Origin: an uncultured Chloroflexia bacterium | Lineage (GTDB): Bacteria > Chloroflexota > Anaerolineae > CG2-30-64-16 | NCBI GenBank assembly: GCA_963810095.1 | Contig: CAWEMM010000006.1 | Coordinates: forward strand, 960,001 to 1,024,000 | DNA length: 64,000 nt | Reading direction: 5' to 3' | Part shown: positions 33,007 through 42,305 of the stretch, piece after piece | Numbering within the stretch: position 1 is the first letter of the stretch | How the letters are laid out: every line of letters starts with the position of its first letter | Made by a program: the position numbers and the translations under genes | Notes under the pieces: model-generated | Database searches by the model: none | What the model saw: only the letters and a program-made list of their open reading frames with translations | Told to the model about the DNA's origin: nothing

Positions 33007-34364
33007 ATGAAACCGTCGCAGTACAACTGCTTCTATGCGATCGACGACGCCGTGATCCTGGGCTTCAACACCCTCTCGACCGCGCTGCTGGCGCTGACGC
33101 CGGCCGAATTCGCCGGGCTCCGCTGCTTCTGCGCAGAGCCCGGCGCCGGGGCATTCGATCGCCTGGCGCTGCCGCAACTGGGGCGGCGGCTGGCCGAGGC
33201 CGGCATGGTTGTGGACGCAGAGACGGACGAACTGGCGCAGGTACGCGCCGCGGCAAGAGGCGCTGCGCGGCGCGGGTCGCTGCCTGAGCCTGACCATTAC
33301 ACCCACGTTGGATTGCAATTTCCGGTGTGCATACTGCTTCAGCTATTTGCAGCGGGGCCGGATGACGAGCGAGACCCAGGATGCGGTGGTGCGGTTTGCC
33401 GAGGCCCGGTTCGACAAGGTGGAAAAGCTGGCGCTCAAGTGGTATGGCGGCGAGCCCACGCTTTGCCTTGACGTGATCGAGAGGCTGGCGGGCCGGCTGC
33501 GAGAGGCCGCCGCACAGCACGGTGTCACCGTCGAAGGCGACGGCATCGTAACGAACGGGTACGTTTTGAACCGGCGGACGGGGGAGCGGTTACGGGGTGC
33601 GGGGATCACGCGGGCGCAGGTCACACTCGACGGCGCCCGCGCGACCCACGACGCCCGCCGTCCGCTGCTGGGCGGCGGTTCGAGCTTCGATCGCATCGTC
33701 GATAACCTAACCCAAGTTCACGACCTTATCGACATCGTCGTGCGCATCAACGTCGACCGGGGCAACTCCGGCGATGCCATACGAGTGCTCGACGCGCTGG
33801 CAGACGCAGGGCTCCGCGGCAAAGTCTGGCCCTACCTGGGGCATGTGCGGCCCTACTCCGACGCCTGCGGCGACATCGCCGGCGACTGCCTTTCGGATCG
33901 CGAGTTCAGCAAGCTGGCGCTGGCGCTGGCCAAAGAGGCGTTGCTGCGGGGCTTCGCCCTGGTCGACCTGCCGGAATCGCAGCTTGGCGGGGTGTGCGGC
34001 GCATGCCAGCCGCACAGCTACGTGGTTTCGCCCGACGGACTGCTGTTCAAGTGCTGGGCCGAGGTGTCCTGCGGCCCGGCAGCGTCGATCGGCTCGGTGT
34101 TTCGTGACGAACGCACGGCCGAGGAAGAGGCAAACCTGCGGCTGTACCTGGATTGGGATGTCACCCGTGACCACGAGTGCCGCGGCGTGCCGTATGCTCC
34201 CCATCTGCATGGGCGGCTGCCCCCACCAACGTCTGCGTCAGCACCGGCCCGCCTGCGCCTCATGGCGCTACACACTGGGCGAAACGCTGGGCTTGCAGCA
34301 CCAACTCAATGGGTTGACCGCGCGGTTGGCCGCCGAATCCACTGCGGCCGCCGCGCACGGATAA
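33007..34364 (+). CDS. Radical SAM/SPASM-domain maturase, two frameshifts
   Basis: N-terminal MKPSQYN...FNTLSTAL extension; CNFRCAYC; WYGGEP; TNG; QVTLDG; SPASM C..C...G.LFKCW and C..C..LPICMGGCP....C. Confidence 0.88.
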
Positions 34365-34397
34365 GGGCGGATCACAGATCTTTAGAAGGAGCGTCCA

Positions 34398-34703
34398 ATG
34401 GAAGAGAGGAAACTGGTCCACACCTGCAAGGTCCTGGACAAGGGCCAGCTTGTGGTCAAGATCCACGTAGAGTGCGCCAAGACGCTCGAGCGTTTGGAGC
34501 ACGAGGAGTACGTCTGCGCACACTGGGATGAGCCTGGCTGCAAGTTCGACCTTGGTATCGACAAGCGGAACTGGGAGGAACTGGTCACGCAGGTGGTGAC
34601 CCAGCCGGTGCAGATGGCGCTGGCGGCCAAGGCTCTCCAGTACCAGGTGAAGGAGCTCACAACGGAAATCGCCACGCTGAAGAAGCAGGGCGTCCACAAC
34701 TGA
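34398..34703 (+). CDS. Small Cys-containing protein, candidate radical SAM substrate
   Basis: Strong RBS AGAAGGAG; biased codon usage; 4 Cys, YVCAHWDEPGC; C-terminal coiled-coil-like segment. Confidence 0.75.
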   Translation: MEERKLVHTCKVLDKGQLVVKIHVECAKTLERLEHEEYVCAHWDEPGCKFDLGIDKRNWEELVTQVVTQPVQMALAAKALQYQVKELTTEIATLKKQGVHN

Positions 34704-34720
34704 TCGACGGGGGAACAAAC

Positions 34721-34774
34721 AATCCCTGCGCGTCCCGGCTCGCGGCCGCCCTCCTTCCGGGCTGCGCAGGGATT
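34721..34774 (+). terminator. Hairpin ending the rSAM operon
   Basis: AATCCCTGCGC..CCCGG...CCGGG..GCGCAGGGATT. Confidence 0.55.
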
Positions 34775-34837
34775 CTCCCCTTAAATGATCCGGGCAGAGA
34801 ACCTCGTTGTCCCCTGCCCGCAAGATGGCGTGCGCAT

Positions 34838-34872
34838 GAGAAACCAGGTTTCTTCGAGAAGCCTGGCTTTTC
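34838..34872. repeat. REP-like palindrome (GAAACC family)
   Basis: GAGAAACCAGGTTTCTTCGAGAAGCCTGGCTTTTC. Confidence 0.7.
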
Positions 34873-34877
34873 GGTTC

Positions 34878-35555
34878 TTACACCGGCGGGGCGGCGCGGC
34901 CCAGCAAGGCGGCCAGCGCATCACGCTGGTCGGTGTTGATAACTGCCAATACCTCATCGCCCGCATGCAACTGGGTATCGCCGCGGACCGCGTACACGTC
35001 TTCCTTGCGGATCACCGCTGCCAGAGTGCAGTCTTCGGGCAGCTTCAGATCACGGACGAATGCACCGTCGGCCGGCGCGCCCGGCACGATCTTCTCCTCG
35101 ACCAGCGCGACCGCGCCCTTGCGCAGCTTGAGGAGGGTCATCATGTCGCCCAGCGACATCTCCTCCGCGATCAGCTTCGCCATCAAATCGGCCTGGTTCA
35201 GGGCCACGTCTACGTGGAACTTCTCGTCAAAGAACCAGGCGCTGCGCGGGTTATTGATGCGCGCAATCGTGCGGCCCACGCCATACCGCTCGCGCGCCAT
35301 GTAACACAGCACCAGGTTGTCCGCATCGTTCGTCGTGCACGCCGCCAGGACCTGCGCATCCCGAATCCCCGCGCTCTCCAGCACGACCGGGTTCGTCGGA
35401 TCGCCTTGGAAGATCACCTCGGTCGGCAGTTCATGATGAATGCGATCGAGCACATCCGTGCGCTGCTCGACCAGGTGCACCCGGTGGTTCCCGTTCACAA
35501 GCACCGATGCGAGTTGGGCGCCCGTGCGGCCGCCGCCAGCAATCACGACAAACAT
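34878..35555 (-). CDS. trkA: TrkA family RCK potassium uptake protein
   Basis: IAGGGRTG Rossmann motif; RCK-C domain. Confidence 0.88.
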   Translation of the reverse strand: MFVVIAGGGRTGAQLASVLVNGNHRVHLVEQRTDVLDRIHHELPTEVIFQGDPTNPVVLESAGIRDAQVLAACTTNDADNLVLCYMARERYGVGRTIARINNPRSAWFFDEKFHVDVALNQADLMAKLIAEEMSLGDMMTLLKLRKGAVALVEEKIVPGAPADGAFVRDLKLPEDCTLAAVIRKEDVYAVRGDTQLHAGDEVLAVINTDQRDALAALLGRAAPPV

Positions 35556-35556
35556 C

Positions 35557-36216
35557 TCAGACCTCCTCGACCTCGCTCAGTCGCTTGCGCAAACCTTCGA
35601 TGCCGTCCTGCGTCGCGCTGACGTGGATGACGTCGCCGCCTCGCAGGGGCAGGCTCGGCGACGGCAGCATGGCCCGGCCAGCACGCGATACCGCGACCGG
35701 CTGGCAGTTGCCGTTGTAGAGCACCTCCGTCAGGTGCTTGCCGTTCCACGCCTTCGGCACCGTGAACTCGTAGACCTCGACCTCGCCGTTGCCGGCCGAG
35801 AAGACCGTTCGCAGCGAGCCGCCACCTAACATCTCTTCGATGCGCTGAGCGCCCCAGACACTCGGGCTGACGAGTTGGTAGCCAAATGCTTCGTGCAGGC
35901 CGCGCTTGGAGGGCTCGTAATCGCGGACGACAATGTTCTTCACGCCCCACACGGTCCGCGCCGCGTGCGCGACGACCGCGTTGACCGAATCCACCGGCGT
36001 TACGGCGGCCAGCGCGTCTGCGGTTTCAATGCCGGCCCGCAGCAAAAGCTCTCTGCTCAGCACCTCGCCAGCGAGGGTGCGGCCACGGAAGTCGGCCGGC
36101 AGGTTTTTGAAGGCGTCCGGGTCGCGGTCGAGCACGACGACCTTCTGTCCTCGTTTGTAGAGGTTGTAGGCCAATTCCGAGCCGACCCGGCCGCAGCCGA
36201 CGACAATCACGTTCAT
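35557..36216 (-). CDS. trkA: TrkA family RCK potassium uptake protein
   Basis: VVGCGRVG Rossmann motif; RCK-C domain. Confidence 0.88.
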   Translation of the reverse strand: MNVIVVGCGRVGSELAYNLYKRGQKVVVLDRDPDAFKNLPADFRGRTLAGEVLSRELLLRAGIETADALAAVTPVDSVNAVVAHAARTVWGVKNIVVRDYEPSKRGLHEAFGYQLVSPSVWGAQRIEEMLGGGSLRTVFSAGNGEVEVYEFTVPKAWNGKHLTEVLYNGNCQPVAVSRAGRAMLPSPSLPLRGGDVIHVSATQDGIEGLRKRLSEVEEV

Positions 36217-36245
36217 GTAATTCCTCTATCTGATTGACTGCTTGA

Positions 36246-38186
36246 CTATTGCACCTGGTAGGGCACATCTGTGATGACGATGCCCGGCCGGCCACGTAAC
36301 GCCAACGACAGCCAGGTCGCAGCCTGGGTGTGCAGGAGGTTGGCGGCCGCCTGCTTCGGCACGAACTGCGGCACCACGACTGTAATCATGTCATTCGGCT
36401 GCCGCTCGCGATCGATCGTGTCGATGTACTCGAGCATCGGCTCCATCAGCAGCCGGTACGGCGATTCGAGCACCACGAGCCGCACGCCTTCACCCCACGT
36501 CTCCCACTTGTTGCGCACGCGCTCCGTGTCCTCCGGATCGATCGACACGTGCACCGCCGTGACGTCCTTCGACAGCCCCTGCGCGTAGCGCAGTGCAGCA
36601 AGCGTTCCGCGGTGCACCCCGCTAACCGGCAAAATCACCCGGTGGCGCGAGATTGGCGGCGGTTCGCCGAAATCCTCCAGCGAGAGCGACCGCGCCAGCC
36701 CACGGTAGTGCCGGTGGATTGCGTTCAAGCCAAAGACGACGATCGGGATCAATATCAGGATGATATACGCACCGTCCCTGAACTTCGCCACCGCAAACAC
36801 GATTGCAACGACCGCGGTCAACACGGCACCAAAGCCGTTGACAAACATCTTCCCGCGCCAACCCGGCTCGAAGCGCAGCGTCGAGCCCCGCTCCTTGATC
36901 TCCTCGTCACCGCGCAACTGGCCGATCTTGCGCCAGCGGATCGCCATCCCGGTCTGCGAGAGGGTGAACGAGAGAAAAACGCCGATCGCATAGAGCGGGA
37001 TCAACGCGGTCACCGACGCCTTGAAGATGACGATCAGGATCGAGGCCATCAGCGCCAACACGATGATGCCGCGAGAGAACACGAGACGGCTGCCCCGGTA
37101 CGCGAGTTGGCGCGGCAGAAATCCGTCCTGGCCCAGCAGCGCCGCGAGCCGTGGAAAGTCCGCGAACGCGGTGTTGGCCGCCATGATCAGGATCAGCGCC
37201 GTGGCTGCCATCAACAGCCCATACCCCAAGTTCCGCCCGTCAAATACGGTGCGGCCGATCTGCGAGATAACCGTTTCGAGCTCCGACGGCACTGCGCCGA
37301 TCTTGACGGCCAGGAACGTGATGCCGAGCAGCAGCACCCCCAGGATCGACGACATCCAGATCAAGGTGATGCCAGCGTTGCGGCTGCGCGGCTCTTTGAA
37401 CGCGGGAATGCCGTTCGAGATGGCCTCCACCCCGGTCAGCGCGCTGGTCCCGTTGGCGAACGCCCGCAGAATGAGGAAGAGCGAAACGGCTTGTGCCCCG
37501 TGAATCATCTCGAGCTCGGGCGGGTCGACCACCGTGCCCAGGCTGCCGGTGAGGTAGCGGAACAGGCCCAAGAGCACGGTCGCAAACATCATGACGATGA
37601 AGAAGTACGTCGGGATGGCGAAGATCGTCCCTGATTCCTTTACCCCCCGCAGGTTAATCACCATGACCAGCACGACCAGCGCCACCGCGATCTCGACGCG
37701 CCACGGGAACAGGGCCGGCACGGCCGACGTGATCTGCGCCACACCAGAGGAGATAGACACGGCGACCGTCAGGATGTAGTCCATCAACAGCGCCGCGCCG
37801 GCCACCTGCGCGGGCAACTCGCCCAGGTTGTCGCGCGAGACAATGTACGCGCCGCCGCCCGACGGGTACGCATGGATCGTCTGCTCGTATGAGATGGTTA
37901 CAATGGCGAGCAAGCCGACAATCGCGATCGATAGGGGAATGGCATAGTGAAACGCCGCCGTGCCCGCAAGCGCCAGGATGACCAGCATTTCCTGCGTGGC
38001 ATACGCGGACGACGACATTGCGTCGGAAGAAAAGACCGCCAGCCCCACGATCTTGCGAATCGCCTGGTGCGGTGCGTCGGCGGTCGTGAGCGGTCGGCCA
38101 AACAGCCAAGTGCGCCAGGACCGGCCGGGAACGTACCCGGCCGTGCGGTGTTGGACCCCAACGGGGTCTTCATCAGGACGTAGCAT
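36246..38186 (-). CDS. APC family permease, KimA/YdaO-like K+ transporter
   Basis: SSDAMSSSAYA, YPSGGGAY, DYILTVAVS, LTGVEAISNG, LIPLYAIGVF; C-terminal cytosolic domain SPYR. Confidence 0.88.
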   Translation of the reverse strand: MLRPDEDPVGVQHRTAGYVPGRSWRTWLFGRPLTTADAPHQAIRKIVGLAVFSSDAMSSSAYATQEMLVILALAGTAAFHYAIPLSIAIVGLLAIVTISYEQTIHAYPSGGGAYIVSRDNLGELPAQVAGAALLMDYILTVAVSISSGVAQITSAVPALFPWRVEIAVALVVLVMVINLRGVKESGTIFAIPTYFFIVMMFATVLLGLFRYLTGSLGTVVDPPELEMIHGAQAVSLFLILRAFANGTSALTGVEAISNGIPAFKEPRSRNAGITLIWMSSILGVLLLGITFLAVKIGAVPSELETVISQIGRTVFDGRNLGYGLLMAATALILIMAANTAFADFPRLAALLGQDGFLPRQLAYRGSRLVFSRGIIVLALMASILIVIFKASVTALIPLYAIGVFLSFTLSQTGMAIRWRKIGQLRGDEEIKERGSTLRFEPGWRGKMFVNGFGAVLTAVVAIVFAVAKFRDGAYIILILIPIVVFGLNAIHRHYRGLARSLSLEDFGEPPPISRHRVILPVSGVHRGTLAALRYAQGLSKDVTAVHVSIDPEDTERVRNKWETWGEGVRLVVLESPYRLLMEPMLEYIDTIDRERQPNDMITVVVPQFVPKQAAANLLHTQAATWLSLALRGRPGIVITDVPYQVQ

Positions 38187-38293
38187 ACATGCTAGGAAAG
38201 CGCTGAGAGGCGCGTCCCAACTTCCTCACTTCCACAACTCGGAGAAAAACATACAGAGCGATATGGGCCGCTCCAGGAAGCGCTCACGTAAAC

Positions 38294-38376
38294 AAAAAAA
38301 CCCACCCGTAGAACGGGCAGGCCTTGCCGGATACGTTGCTTCTCAACCATTATACTCTGCCCCACTGGACTGTCAA
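38294..38376 (-). promoter_or_regulatory. Consensus promoter followed by a short leader with intrinsic terminator (attenuator)
   Basis: TTGACA (38376-38371)-N16-TATAAT (38354-38349); then CCTGCCCGT-tct-ACGGGTGGG-TTTTTTT. Confidence 0.75.
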
Positions 38377-38464
38377 ACGTCGCAGAGACTGTTCCAAGTT
38401 CCACCATTCAGGTCACGCCCCCAGAAGTGCGAAGGCGACTTTATAAACTATATGATTAACTTAC

Positions 38465-38493
38465 TTGACAAAGGCCGGTCCAGGGACTACACT
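38465..38493 (+). promoter_or_regulatory. sodA promoter
   Basis: TTGACA-N17-TACACT. Confidence 0.65.
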
Positions 38494-38608
38494 GACACAC
38501 CGTTGCACCGATCGTATGGTTTTGGTCGGGTTGGCTGTGGGCCGCGGCTCGCTGTCGATAACCTGCCAGGACCCCCGATCGAATCCATGGATTGAGGGGG
38601 GTTTTCGC

Positions 38609-39208
38609 ATGGCACACCAGTTGGCTCCGCTTCCGTATGCGTTCGACGCGCTGGAACCGTACATTGACGCCAAGACGATGGAGATTCACCACGACAAGCA
38701 TCACGCAGCCTATCTGAACAACCTGAACAAGGCGCTCGAAGGCAGCGAGTGGGAGAATATGCCGGTCGAGCAGTTGCTCGCGAACCTGGACCGGGTCCAC
38801 GAGAACATTCGCACCACGGTGCGCAACAACGGCGGCGGCTACGTTAACCACAACCTCTTCTGGCAGATCATGGGCCCCAACGCGGGCGGGTCGCCGACCG
38901 GCGAGCTGGCTGCCGCGATCGAGCGCACCTTCGGCAGCTTTGCTGCATTTCAGGAGAAGTTCGCCACAGCGGCCGCGACCCGCTTCGGCAGTGGCTGGGC
39001 GTGGCTCGTTCAGAAGCACGACGGGAGCCTCGACGTCTACAGCACTCCCAACCAGGACAGCCCGCTCATGACCGGCGACAAGCCGCTGCTGGGCCTGGAT
39101 GTCTGGGAGCATGCGTACTACCTTAAGTACCAGAACCGCCGTCCCGAGTACATCGCCAACTTCTGGAACGTCGTCAACTGGCCGGCTGTGACCAAGAACT
39201 TCCGCTAA
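38609..39208 (+). CDS. sodA: Superoxide dismutase [Mn]
   Basis: HHDKHH, NNGGG.NH (Mn-type), [15 protein letters not shown]. Confidence 0.96.
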   Translation: MAHQLAPLPYAFDALEPYIDAKTMEIHHDKHHAAYLNNLNKALEGSEWENMPVEQLLANLDRVHENIRTTVRNNGGGYVNHNLFWQIMGPNAGGSPTGELAAAIERTFGSFAAFQEKFATAAATRFGSGWAWLVQKHDGSLDVYSTPNQDSPLMTGDKPLLGLDVWEHAYYLKYQNRRPEYIANFWNVVNWPAVTKNFR

Positions 39209-39215
39209 GGTTTCT

Positions 39216-39253
39216 TTTTAGGGGATGAGGGCCCGGGCCCTCATCCCCTAAAA
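39216..39253. terminator. Perfect 38-bp palindrome after sodA
   Basis: TTTTAGGGGATGAGGGCCCGGGCCCTCATCCCCTAAAA. Confidence 0.7.
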
Positions 39254-39364
39254 TAAATTCTTGAACTTCGGTCATTTTTCCCGTAACATTTGCCCTCTCC
39301 CACACGTCTCCTTATCTCAGAAATGCAGAAAACCAGTCGCCTGCGGGCCCCTGGAGGGATAAAG

Positions 39365-39976
39365 ATGACCGAACCACTGCGCAGCGGCCGGCGCGAACAG
39401 GCCAAGCTCGAACGCCGGGAGCGGATCTACGAAGCCGCTCTGAACCTGTTCCGGGAACAAGGTTACGAAAGCACCACCGTCGATCAGATCACGCGCTACG
39501 CGGGGCTGGCGAAAGGCACGTTCTTCAATTACTTTCCGACCAAGGACGCGGTGCTTCGTTATCTGGGCACTCGTGAAATCGGCCGGCTCGGCTCCTCTTT
39601 GTCGACCAACGGGAACGGCCGCGGCACAGCCATTGGCAAGTTGAAGCGGCTGATGGCGGCCCTCGCGGCGAACCTCGAGGAAGACCGGCCGCTGGTCTCC
39701 CTGATCTTCCGCAAAGGCGTCACTGCGCCCGACCTGTTGGCGGGCGATGCCGGGGGCTTCAGCCTGCAGCCGGTCGCGTCGCTGCTCATCCGCCAGGCCC
39801 AGTACAACGGGGAGGTTAATCGGGACTTGGACCCCGACGGGCTCGCCGCCGCTTTGGACGCGCTGTACTTGCAGCAGCTCGTGCGCTGGTGCGAGAGCAC
39901 CCGACCCTATCCGTTGGCCGAACGGCTGACGGGGATTGTCGACCTGCTGCTCCTGGGCATCGGCTCGGCAGACTAA
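39365..39976 (+). CDS. TetR/AcrR family regulator
   Basis: LFREQGY..TTVDQI...AGLAKGTFFNYFPTKD. Confidence 0.92.
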   Translation: MTEPLRSGRREQAKLERRERIYEAALNLFREQGYESTTVDQITRYAGLAKGTFFNYFPTKDAVLRYLGTREIGRLGSSLSTNGNGRGTAIGKLKRLMAALAANLEEDRPLVSLIFRKGVTAPDLLAGDAGGFSLQPVASLLIRQAQYNGEVNRDLDPDGLAAALDALYLQQLVRWCESTRPYPLAERLTGIVDLLLLGIGSAD

Positions 39977-39995
39977 GAACTTGGAAGGTTTTGGG

Positions 39996-41417
39996 TTGAG
40001 CACAACCGAGGCAAGCAACATCGCAGACGCGGGCCAGGCCGGCTGGACGAGGGGCTTGGCCCGCGATTTATTCCCCGGTCCGGCCACGCCTTTTGCCTGG
40101 ACGCTGCTGGCTCCTGCGGCTGAAAAGGCTCTGCCCAACGTCTACAGCGAAGTGGGCGGGCAAACGAGCGCGAGTGCAGCCTTCTGGCGGCTGGAGCGCG
40201 GCTATGCATACCTGAACGCCGCAGCTCTTGCCGAGGCGGATCAAACGCTGTGTGGCGCGGCCTGGCTGGGGCCTGTGCAGCCGCCCGTGCCAGGGGGATT
40301 GCGTGGTCGCTTGCAGGCCGGCGGGGTCACTAAACGCTGCCAGGCCCGGCTCGCTTCTGCGGTGGGCGAGGCCTCGGGCCTGCAGACACGCCTCTCGCGC
40401 TGGCTGGCATGGGTTCAGGGCGTTAAGTGGTCGCAGGCCGACCTGTTGCAGGTGATGGAGGAGCTCGAGCCGCACGCCTTTTCTGCGTTGCAGGTCCATT
40501 TCTATGCACGCATGGGGCTAAATGTCGCCCGGGCCGCGCTCGAAGCACAGCTGCCCGAATGGCTGCCGGCCGCGCCTGACGTGGCGGCGGCACTCTCCAT
40601 CGGCGTCCCCGGCCTGCCTTCCGTCGCCATCGCCGAAGCGGTGCTCGATGCGGCCCGGCGTGAGCCGGCAGATCCGGAACGCTTGGCCACGCTGGCGCGC
40701 TCCGGCCACCGCGGGCCGGGGGAGATCCGGCCCGATGCCGCACGCTGGGCCGACGCCGCGGAGCTATTGGGCCGCTTGGCCGAGCATGGCACGCCCGTGT
40801 GGACGCAGGCAGCGGCCGGCGGTAGGCGCGAGGCCGCGCTGACGGAGCTAAAGCGCCGGCTGAATGGGGGCCAGTTCCGCCAGGCGGAAGAACTGCTCGC
40901 CGGCCTTGCAGGCGCCATGCGAGCGGCTGACGTTGCATGGGACTGCCTGGCCCTGGTCATGGCGGCGGCTCAGCGCTGGGCGGGTGCGGCGGCCCGTGAG
41001 GCGCTGGCGGCGGGCCTGATCGTACGGCCCGCCGATGTCCTGTACCTCGAGTTGGAAGAGTTGAAGCAGGTGGCCACCGGCGAATGGCACGCGGGCGACC
41101 GCGAAGAAGTCGGCGCCGCGGTTTCCCGGCGCATGGCAGAGGCGGTCGTCGCGCCCGCGCCGCCGGGCACATTGGCGGCCACGCTCGTCACTCCCGGCCC
41201 CTGCGCCGGACCACTCTACCGCGCATCTCCGTCCGACGTGCTGCCGCCTGCGGGCGCAAGGTGGTCGGCTGAGACAGCGGACGCCGGCTGTGCGCCGTTC
41301 TGGAACTTTGCGGCCTGCGTGGAAACGACGGGGGACGATGCGTGGTCGCCGGGAATGGTCGTCGCACGCGGGCTGGGCGTACCCGCGAGAGTCGGGGTTA
41401 CGCCTGCAGACGCGTGA
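39996..41417 (+). CDS. Degenerate PEP-utilising (rifampicin-phosphotransferase-like) protein with His-less swivel domain
   Basis: DLFPGPATPF, GHRGPGE, W.D and DVLYLELEEL motifs; C-terminal TADAGCAPFW...WSPGMVVARGLGVPARVG, where SH is expected. Confidence 0.65.
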   Translation: MSTTEASNIADAGQAGWTRGLARDLFPGPATPFAWTLLAPAAEKALPNVYSEVGGQTSASAAFWRLERGYAYLNAAALAEADQTLCGAAWLGPVQPPVPGGLRGRLQAGGVTKRCQARLASAVGEASGLQTRLSRWLAWVQGVKWSQADLLQVMEELEPHAFSALQVHFYARMGLNVARAALEAQLPEWLPAAPDVAAALSIGVPGLPSVAIAEAVLDAARREPADPERLATLARSGHRGPGEIRPDAARWADAAELLGRLAEHGTPVWTQAAAGGRREAALTELKRRLNGGQFRQAEELLAGLAGAMRAADVAWDCLALVMAAAQRWAGAAAREALAAGLIVRPADVLYLELEELKQVATGEWHAGDREEVGAAVSRRMAEAVVAPAPPGTLAATLVTPGPCAGPLYRASPSDVLPPAGARWSAETADAGCAPFWNFAACVETTGDDAWSPGMVVARGLGVPARVGVTPADA

Positions 41418-41510
41418 CCCGCCGCCGGTCCCACCATCTCGTTCTGGAATCGCCCTTCTCTTGTACTCGCCCTGTAGGAATATCCCGCTCTGTGGTAATA
41501 TCCCGCACTA

Positions 41511-42284
41511 ATGGAACGTCTCGTCACAGGCGCGGCGCAGATGGGGGTGAGCCTGACCCCGGCGCACATCGCTGCCTTCCAGGTTTACAGCGACGAGCTG
41601 CTCGAGTGGAACCAGCAGTTCAACCTGACTGCGGTCACCGCGCCTGAGCAGGTACAGACGCGCCACTTCCTCGATTCCCTGGCGCTCATCCCCGCGCTCG
41701 CTGCCCATGAAGGCATCCCCATCGCCACGTTGTTGTCGCGCAACCTGCGCGTGGTCGACGTGGGCGCGGGCGCGGGCTTCCCGGGGCTCGCCTTGCGGAT
41801 CGTCTGGCCGCGCGCGCGTCTCTCGCTGATCGAGGCGACGGGAAAGAAGGTGCGCTTCCTGGAGCACGTCAGCCAGAAGCTGGGCTTCACCGACGTCCGC
41901 TTGATCCAGGGCCGGGCCGAAGAGCTGGGGTTGAAGGAGCCGTACCGGGCCGGTTACGACCTGGTGCTGGCACGGGCGGTCGCAACGCTGCCGACGCTGG
42001 TGGAGTACCTCTTGCCGCTGTCACGACGCGGGGGCCAGGTGGTAGCCTACAAGGGGTCAGCCGCGCACGAGGAAGCCATGTGCGCGGAGCAGGCGATCCG
42101 CACCCTGGGCGGCCGGCTGACCAAGCTCATCCCGGTGGACATCCCCGGCCTCGTCGAGACGCGGGTCCTGGTGCTCATCGACAAAATCGCGCAGACGCCG
42201 GACGCCTATCCCCGGGGCCGCGGCCTGCCCCGCAAGCAGCCATTAGGCTGCAAGCCGGTCGAAGAAACTGCGGAGGAGGAATAG
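41511..42284 (+). CDS. rsmG: 16S rRNA m7G527 methyltransferase
   Basis: WNQQFNLTA, HFLDSL, DVGAGAGFPG, RAEE, ARAVA. Confidence 0.95.
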   Translation: MERLVTGAAQMGVSLTPAHIAAFQVYSDELLEWNQQFNLTAVTAPEQVQTRHFLDSLALIPALAAHEGIPIATLLSRNLRVVDVGAGAGFPGLALRIVWPRARLSLIEATGKKVRFLEHVSQKLGFTDVRLIQGRAEELGLKEPYRAGYDLVLARAVATLPTLVEYLLPLSRRGGQVVAYKGSAAHEEAMCAEQAIRTLGGRLTKLIPVDIPGLVETRVLVLIDKIAQTPDAYPRGRGLPRKQPLGCKPVEETAEEE

Positions 42285-42305
42285 AAAGCTGACGCGGGCA
42301 GCGGT

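Noticed and set aside
38190-38400. Canonical ydaO c-di-AMP riboswitch
   Set aside because: The leader before the terminator is far too short and the conserved motifs are not visible.
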